A stretch of DNA of 64,000 bases from Vicugna vicugna (taxonomy: Eukaryota), in NCBI GenBank assembly GCA_013265495.1, contig MU061579.1, forward strand, positions 1,671,319-1,735,318, in the 5' to 3' direction. Position 1 is the first letter of the stretch. Each line of letters opens with the position of its first letter. This document shows, one piece after another, positions 26,720-33,986 of this stretch. A program made the translations under genes and the position numbers. The notes beneath the pieces were generated by a model. That model saw nothing but the letters and a program-made list of their open reading frames with translations, was not told the DNA's origin and did not search any database.

Positions 26720-27478
26720 TAGCTAAGTAATACCCTCAAGTAAAACACTTTGTTTATATAAACATAATGTAGCTAGCAGCCAAGTTGGGTTCAAAAGAAT
26801 AGGAATGTATGAAGACCAGAAGCAACCTTAGCTCTAGGGTCCTCGGAAAGCCCAGATTCAGTGGAGTACTGTGGTACAGCACAGGCTTGTGGGGAGAACT
26901 AAACAGCAGACAGAGCTTTGCCCATCTTTTACCTAATTCTCAATAATTCCCTCTGATATTGGACCAACCTGGCATGTGACCATGTCCATTCAAATACTAT
27001 CTCTTTCTGAAACTTTTGTGAGCGTTTCAGTGCACAGTCACGTTAATTATGATGTTTCACTCATGATGCCACTTACACCTATCTTCATCTTGCACTGTTT
27101 CAAAATACTGAACGTCTGTAATTACTCTAATTATTTCTGTTACACTATTTCAGTTGTGATGGTTATATGTTTTCCCAGGTTTATCTTCTTCTCTTTTAAA
27201 ACTGTCTGCTCAAGCAAAATGGATCTACCCAGTGCTTCACAACGATACCCTGTGCACTTTGCCTTCCAGGAATGTTACTTTAAATATTCTATTTGAAGAG
27301 TTTTCTCTCTCTTCTCACTCTGTGTGAATAGTGTTCATCCTTCAAAAGCCAGTCAATGCCAGCGACTTTGAAAGGGTCATTCCTCTCACAAAAGAGTATC
27401 TGACCTTGTGAGTATGCTATTTCTCAGAAAAAAAAAAAAACCATGAATTTGCATAATTTGTTTGGAAGTTTCTATATG

Positions 27479-28262
27479 CAGACATATCTCATTTTATTGC
27501 GCTTCACTTTACTGTACTTTGCAGATACTGAGTTTTTTGTTTACACATTGAAAGTTTGTGGCAACCCTGTCTCCAGCAAATCTACCAGCACCATTTTTCC
27601 ATGTTGTGTCCCTCTGTCACATTTTGATAATTCTCTCAATATTTCACATTTTTTCACTATTATTGTATTTGTTATGGTGACCTGTGATCTTTGATGTTAT
27701 TATTGTAATTGCTTCGGGGTGCCACAAACCCCGCCCACACGAGATGAAAACCTGATTCACAGATGCTGTGTGACTGACTGTCCCCCATCTCCCTTTCTTT
27801 TCTTGGGCCTCCCTATTCCCTGAGACACAACACTATTTAAATTAGACCAATCGATTACCCTACAATGGCCTCTAAGTGTTCAAGTGAAAGGAGGAATCAA
27901 TCAGTATTTTACTATCAATTGTTATTTATTGTTATTTTAAGAAATTGCCGCAGACATCCCAACTTTCCGCCACTGCCAGCCTGATCTGTCAGCATGGAGG
28001 CAAGACCCTCCACCAGTAAAAAACATTGTGACTTCCTGAAGGCGCAGATGATGGCTAACACTTATTAAAGTATTTTTAATTAAGGTATGTGTATTGCTTT
28101 TTTAGATATAATGCTATAGCAAGCTAAATAGACTACAGTGTAGTGTAAACATAAATTTTATATGCACTTAGAAACAAAAAATCACGTGGCTCATTTTATT
28201 GCAATATGTGCTTTATTGAGGTGGTCTGGAATTGAACCTGCAATATCGTTGGGGTATGCCTG
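27479..28262 (+). mobile_element. Internally deleted Tigger1 derivative (Tigger1a_Art-like)
   Basis: Terminal inverted repeats CAGACATATCTC / GGGGTATGCCTG. Tigger1 motifs TTTATTGCGCTTCACTTTA, GTTTGTGGCAACCCTG, CCCTACAATGGCCTCTAAGTGTTCAAGTGAAAGGA and GAGGCAAGACCCTCCACCAG. Confidence 0.92.
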
Positions 28263-28360
28263 TGTAGCTTCTATCATCTATTTAATTGTGTCCCCAGAAT
28301 CTGTTTTCATATCTACCCATGTATCACTTAGTTTGTAAATGCTAAGAAAATTAATTAAAT

Positions 28361-28424
28361 TTGAGGTACCACTTCACACTTACCAGGATGGCTATCATAA
28401 AAAAAAAAAGAAAAGAAAAAGATG
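28361..28424 (+). mobile_element. Old L1 (L1MB-like) ORF2 3' region, left part, interrupted by the retrocopy
   Basis: Translates RYHFTLTRMAIIKK, the L1 ORF2 C-terminal motif. The element continues at 30458. Confidence 0.8.
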
Positions 28425-28741
28425 GAGCATGGACGGGAGGATGCCAGAGCCTGTCCAGAGCGTGTGGAAGCTGGGCAGGAGTGGGTTCCCCTGGACCAGC
28501 ACCCCGAAGAGGAAGATGGCATCCAGAGGGGGTGGCCGCCTCCGCTGCTGCCACTGGGCAGGTGAGCCTGCCTGGCGAGTGGAGGCTGCCCGGGACCCTG
28601 GACATCGGCTCTGCGCCTGCCTTCCGGGTCACAGGCGACCTGGGGCGGAATAACGGAGGGGGGGGGGGTTGAGGCCTGGGCCTTTGGGAGCTTGTGGGCC
28701 TGACCTGGAGATCAAAATCTTCCAGCGACCACAGCAGCGAG

Positions 28742-29243
28742 AAAAGACAGATGTGATGCAAAGCCTGGAGAACTAGACATCCAAGTGCCCCAGGACCGTG
28801 GTGCTCATCACCCTCCCAGATGGCCTCCCCCTGCCCCCGGCACCCTTCACCAAACTGTCCGTCGTCAGGCTTCCAGTGGGTCCAAGGAGGTGTGTGTAAA
28901 GTTCAGCTGACGGTATATCACCCAGTGCCATTTGAACTCCATGTGGAAAACATGGCTACCACACCACGGTCTTCAGTGTCTTCAGTGACTGTGCCCTGGA
29001 CCACCTCCCAGCAAAAAAGTTGAGCAGCTGCACATGGAGGTCATCCCTGCTCTGCCCAGACCGCGGATCAGCACCTCTCTGCCCAGGGCTGCACACTCAC
29101 TTCCTCTGGTGGTGAAACATCTACCAGCATGTCAGTGCCGCTTTACAGCAGAGAAACTCAGCACCTGCTCGTTAAACTGGAAAACACCAGGATGGAACCC
29201 CTGGAGGAGCTGGAAGTCACCTCAGAAATTCTCACCAGCAACG
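28742..29243 (+). pseudogene. TRAPPC9: TRAPPC9 (NIBP/Trs120)-derived segment of the retrocopy, disabled
   Basis: Translates [42 protein letters not shown], then [28 protein letters not shown], then [35 protein letters not shown], then [50 protein letters not shown]. All are recognisable as the TRAPPC9 mid-region. There is a TAG at 28774-28776 and several frameshifts. Confidence 0.93.
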
Positions 29244-29773
29244 GATGATTGCACAGTACTTTTACTTGCTGTAAGTGAAAACAAAGAGCAAATGGCAGAA
29301 CTTCCAGCGAAGAAAGAGGCAAATATACCTGCAGTCGATAAGCTGAAAAGAACCCTCATGTTTGCTGTAAATTATGAATCGCCACATATGGTCAGGTGTC
29401 TTCTTCAGCAAGGTTCTGATGTCTTTTTTCAAGATATGTATGGATGCACTGCAGAAGAATACACTCTTACTAGTGGTTTTAATATTAATCGCCAACTGAC
29501 TGCTGACTATAAAGAAGAAGCGACATCTAAAACTCCTTCTCAAAATAGCAACCCAGCGAATGAGATGATTCCTTAAGCAGCCTTTGCAACAAACCTGATG
29601 TTGATGATTCATGGCCTTCAACAGATGATAAAGTCTCAGATTTTGATACCAAGAACATCCTGAAACCAAGCTTAGCAAAGCGAATTTATGCATCTCAGCA
29701 GTCCGGGAAAAACAATATGATGTCAGCATTGAAACTAGAAGAGCAAGATACAGAATCTCTCTGGGATTCTGAG
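29244..29773 (+). pseudogene. ANKRD26: ANKRD26-family-derived segment of the retrocopy (last ankyrin repeats and downstream linker), disabled
   Basis: Translates [66 protein letters not shown]. After a frameshift it reads DDSLSSLCNKPDVDDSWPSTDDKVSDFDTKNILKPSLAKRIYASQQSGKN..MMSALKLEEQDTESLWDSE, matching recalled ANKRD26 motifs (KPGVDDSWPTSDDEDLNFDTK, ESPWDSE). The exact paralogue cannot be determined from sequence alone. Confidence 0.9.
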
Positions 29774-30457
29774 CATCTTCTCCCAGGAGCACACTGACAG
29801 CTCTGTCATCCTGCATCTAACGCATCCCCGGGATGGGCCTCCAGGAAGAGGCCCTGCAGGCACCATGGCAGGCTGGTCTTCTCTCTTCCACACTCCTCTA
29901 GCAGCTCCCTGTCCTTGGGCATCATGCAGTAGTGGCTGAAGTCCAGAACTTGAACTTGACTGGGAAAACCACGTCCATTCCAAAATGCAGCATTTTCATC
30001 TTTTGGTTGGGTGAATATTGGTCCCCCATAGATAGGAGTGATAACTACAAGATTCAGAAGTGGAAAGAGTTATCCATAGTCTCAAATAATTTAGTTCACA
30101 TGTTCAATTTCAAAAGCAGGAGCTCAGGTATGTAAGTAAATAAATCACATGGAATAAAAATGTGGTTCTAAACAGGATAGAATGGGGAGATTGTCAGAAA
30201 GCTGCCTTTTGCTGAAGTTCAGTGCTAACACTGTCTTTCTCAAACTATAAACTCAGTAGGAACTAATAATCGTTTCACGTGGAAAAATCAGCTATCCAAA
30301 GTAGCTTGTACAGTAAATGCCTGTTTTACACGTTCAACACTTAATTGGAGGAAAAAGCAATGCAAGTTGATTCAGTGTAGTTTTTTAAAATCTCAACACA
30401 TATTTCATTGTCACAAAATAAATATTAATGCATTCCCCTAAGTAAAAAAAAAAAAAA

Positions 30458-30930
30458 GATGAGCAATAACAGGAAAGAATGTGAAGAAACTGAAACCTTC
30501 ATACATTGCTTGGAGTCGGGGGGGAACGTAAAATAATGAAGCCACTTTGTAAGCTAGTTCTTCAAAAAGTTAAATAGAATTATCACATGACCCAGTAATT
30601 CCACTGTTAGGAATATGCCCAAGAAAATTCTTAAATTATGTCTAAAAATTTGTACACAAATATTCACAGCAGCATTATTCATGATAGCCCCATGAATAAT
30701 GGAAAGAAGCCAAAGTTTATCAACAAATAATTGGGTAAATAAAATACGGCATACCATAGAATACAATATTATTTGGCCATAAAAAAGAATGAAGTGCTGA
30801 TTATGCCAAGTGAAAGAAGTCAGACACAAAAAGCCACATATTGGATTATTCCATTTATATGAAATGTTTAGAAGAGCTAGGACAATAGAGACAGAAGGTA
30901 GGTCAGTTATAGTCAGGGGCAATAATCAAC
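30458..30930 (+). mobile_element. Old L1 (L1MB-like) ORF2 end and 3' UTR, right part
   Basis: GAAACCTTCATACATTGCT, CATGACCCAGTAATTCCACT, TATTCACAGCAGCATTATTCA and AAGAAGTCAGACACAAAAAGCCACATA. Confidence 0.88.
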
Positions 30931-31034
30931 TAACATATGGTTGAATGGAGGACTGACTGAATTACAAATAAAGGGGTACTTTGAAACAATCCAATCCAAT
31001 TTTCCTCTTTTTTGTTTATTATTTTTGCTGGCCT

Positions 31035-33986
31035 TTTTTTTTTAGTTTTTTTTATTATTATTATTATTGAAGTAAAGTCAGTTTACAATGTTGTCTCCAT
31101 TTCTGGTGCACAGCATAATGTTTCAGTCATATATGTATACATACATGTATTTGTTTTCATATTCTTTTCCATTACAGGTTACTACAAAATACTGAATATA
31201 GTTCCTTGTGCTATACAGAAGAAACCTGTTCCTTATCTATTTTATATATAGTAGTATATATAGCTACAAACTCCTGATTTATTCATTCCCACCTCCTTTC
31301 CCCCTAGTAACCGTAAGTTTATTTTTTTCTGTCTGTGAGTCTGTTTCTGTTTTATAAATAAGTTCACTTGTGCCTTTATTTTTTATTGTTTTTAGATTCC
31401 ACATATGAGTGATATCATATAGTATTCTTTTTTTTTCTTTCTGGCTTACTTCACTTAGAATGACAATCTCCAGGTCCATCCATGTTGCTGCAAATGACAT
31501 TCTTTCATTCTTTTTGTGGCTGAGTAGTATTCATTGTATAAATATACCACAGGTTCTTTATCCAGTCATCTGTTGATGGACACTTAGGGTGCTTCCATGT
31601 CTTGGCTATTGTATATAGTGCTGCTGTGAACATTGGGGTGCATGTAGCTTTTTGAATTAGAGTTCTTTCCAGATATATGCCCAGGAGTGGGATTGCTGGA
31701 TCATACAGTAAGTCTAGTTTTAGTTTTTTAAGGAATCTCCATACTGTTTTCCATAATATCTGCACCAAACTACATTCCCACCAGCAGTGTAGGAGGGTTC
31801 CCTTTTCTCCACACCCTCTCCAGCATTTATCATTCATGGACTTTTTAATGATTGATTTTGATTGTGTGGCCATTTTAACAATATTAATTCCGCCAATCCA
31901 AAAGCATGAGATATCTTTCTATTTCTTTGAGTTATCTTTAATTTCCTTAATTAATGTTTTGTAGTTCTCGTGATATAAGTCTTTCACCTCCTTGGTCAGA
32001 TTTATTCCTAAGTATTTTGGTGTTTTGGATGAGATATTAAAAGAGATTGTTTCTTTACTTTCCTTTTCAGATATTTCATTGTTAGTGTAAAGAAATGCAA
32101 CTGATTTGTCTATGTTAATCTTGTATCCTGCTATCTTTCCAAATTGTTTTATCAGCTTTACTAGTTTTTGTGTGGAGCCTTTAGGGTTTTCTATATAAAA
32201 TACCATGTAATCCACATTTAGTGACAATTTTACTTTTCTTTGAATTTGGATTCCTTTTATTTCTTTTTCTTGTCTGATTGCTGTGGCCAGGACTGCCAAT
32301 ACTCTGTTGAATAGAAGTAATGAGTGTGGGCATTCTTGCCTTGTTCCAGATTTTAGGGGGAAGGCTTTCAACTTTTCACTGTTGAGTATTATGCTGGCTG
32401 TGGGTTTGTCATAAATAGCTTTCATTATGTTGAGATAAGTTCCTTCTATGCCCACTTAGGTAAGAGTTTTTATCATAAATGAGTTTTGAATTTTATCAGA
32501 TCTTTTTCTGCATCTACTGAGATGATCATGTGATTTTTGTCCTTTCTTTTGTTGATGTGGTGTATCACATTTATGGATTTGTGTATTTTGAACCATCCCT
32601 GGGATGAATCCCCCTTGATCATGGTGTATGACCTTTTTTATGTGCTGTTGGAGTCTGTTGGCTAATATTTTGTGGAGGATTTTTGCATCTATGTTCATCA
32701 ACAATATTGGCCTATAATTTTCTTTTTCGGTAGTGTCTTTGCCTGGTTTTGGTATCAGAGTGATGGTGACTTTGTAGAATGAGTTTGGGAGTATTCCTTC
32801 CTCTTCGGTCTTTTGGGGGTATTCCCTCCTCTTCAGTCTTTTGGAAGAGTTTGAGAAGGATCAGTATGAGTTCTTCCTTGTATGTTTGATAGAATTCCCC
32901 AGTGAAATCAAATGTAAATTTTCTTTGCATTCTTTGTAGGATGTGTTAGAGCCTATATGACTACTATTCTAAAGCAAATAGATACAGTAATGGGTTAGCA
33001 TACTTAAAAAATAGGGTAACCACAAATCAAAAGCAGGGTACACAGACCTGCTGTTGATGCCAAACCCACCCCAATGTGCACCAGATCTCCGCTCATTTGT
33101 CTTAGAGGCACAGGTCCACAAAGGCACCAAGAGAGCAAATCCACCACCCCTGCCTGGGAGTAGAATCACATCAGTCCCACCTGTGATGTTGCAGGGCCTG
33201 AGCAGGGGTTCATGTTTCAGCCCCTCCTCTGCCCAGGAGCCAAGCACCAGCAATGGTGTCCCTCCAGAGGAAGCGGAGAAGACGGCTGTGACTGAACCCC
33301 ATCTCTCTTCTCACAATAATGCTCACCAACACTGGTGCAGAGCCAACACCCGCTGCGTTAGTGGAAATGGCAGCCATGGCCAGGCTGCAATGCATCCCTC
33401 GTCCCAAATGCAATGGCGCTTTCTATGGAGGGACCCAGACTGATCTGCACTCTCTTCGAGCCACAGCCCACACCACACTCCAGCCTCCTGAGGCTGCCTC
33501 TGCACAGTCAACCCCAGTCGTCTCCCCAGGCTCGTCCATGGAAGCCCGAGCTCCAGCAGCCCAGCCCAGCCTGTCCCCACCGGCGTGCGTCTCCGGCTGG
33601 GGATCACAGTGACCCTCTCCGCTGCTTTCTCTCAGTTCTGTCTGCCAAGCTGCTGCTGCTGTCTCCGCTGAGCCTCTGAAGCTCCCTTTCTGTCCCCGTG
33701 GATCTCGCTGCTGGAGAGGGGGCTTCCCAGGGTGAGCGCGCTTTTCCTTCTATGCTGCTCTCTCTCTGTGGGACACATCATGCACCAATTTCCATTTGCT
33801 TTCTTCCCTTCGCTCCCCACCGACCTGGTTTTGTGAAGCTTTTCTTGTATTTCCAAAGTAAGAGACATTATGCCAAAGTTAGGGAGTTACTCTGTGCGAA
33901 TTGTTCTGTATTTATATATAATTTTTGGTGTGTTCATGGGAAAGGGTGAGCTATGTGTCCTTCTACTCCGCCATTATGGCAATCCC
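31035..33986 (-). mobile_element. Rearranged L1 (camelid/artiodactyl type) retaining its 5' UTR and 3' end, with internal deletions and a short inversion
   Basis: Poly-T tail at ~31035, 3' UTR, ORF2 C-terminal and RT fragments (31279-32906), GC-rich 5' UTR ending CTTCTACTCCGCCAT (33960-33974). TSD TTTGCTGGCCT (31024-31034) / TTTGCTGGACT (33987-33997). Confidence 0.88.
31505..32906 (-). pseudogene. Disrupted L1 ORF2 (reverse transcriptase and C-terminal cysteine-rich region)
   Basis: ORF track gives [78 protein letters not shown] and [17 protein letters not shown], broken by stops and frameshifts. Confidence 0.95.

Larger units (their letters stand above)
28425..30457 (+). pseudogene. Chimeric processed pseudogene (retrocopy): GC-rich leader + TRAPPC9 exons + ANKRD26-family exons + unassigned 3' end + poly(A)
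   Basis: Intronless joining of exon-sized blocks. AATAAA at 30417-30422 and poly(A) at 30444-30457. TSD-like AAAAAGATG(G)AGCA at 28416-28429 and 30453-30464. The host L1 resumes immediately after. Confidence 0.92.

Noticed and set aside
29034..29576. Calling the 180-aa ORF an intact protein-coding gene
   Set aside because: It lies in a retrocopy with a stop and several frameshifts relative to both parent genes, and there is no expression evidence. Kept only as a hypothesis under findings.
29262..29816. 184-aa minus-strand ORF
   Set aside because: It is the antisense shadow of the ANKRD26-derived sequence, with no recognisable protein similarity.
32969..33949. Cluster of overlapping ORFs in GC-rich DNA
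   Set aside because: The region is an L1 5' UTR, and GC richness explains the lack of stops.
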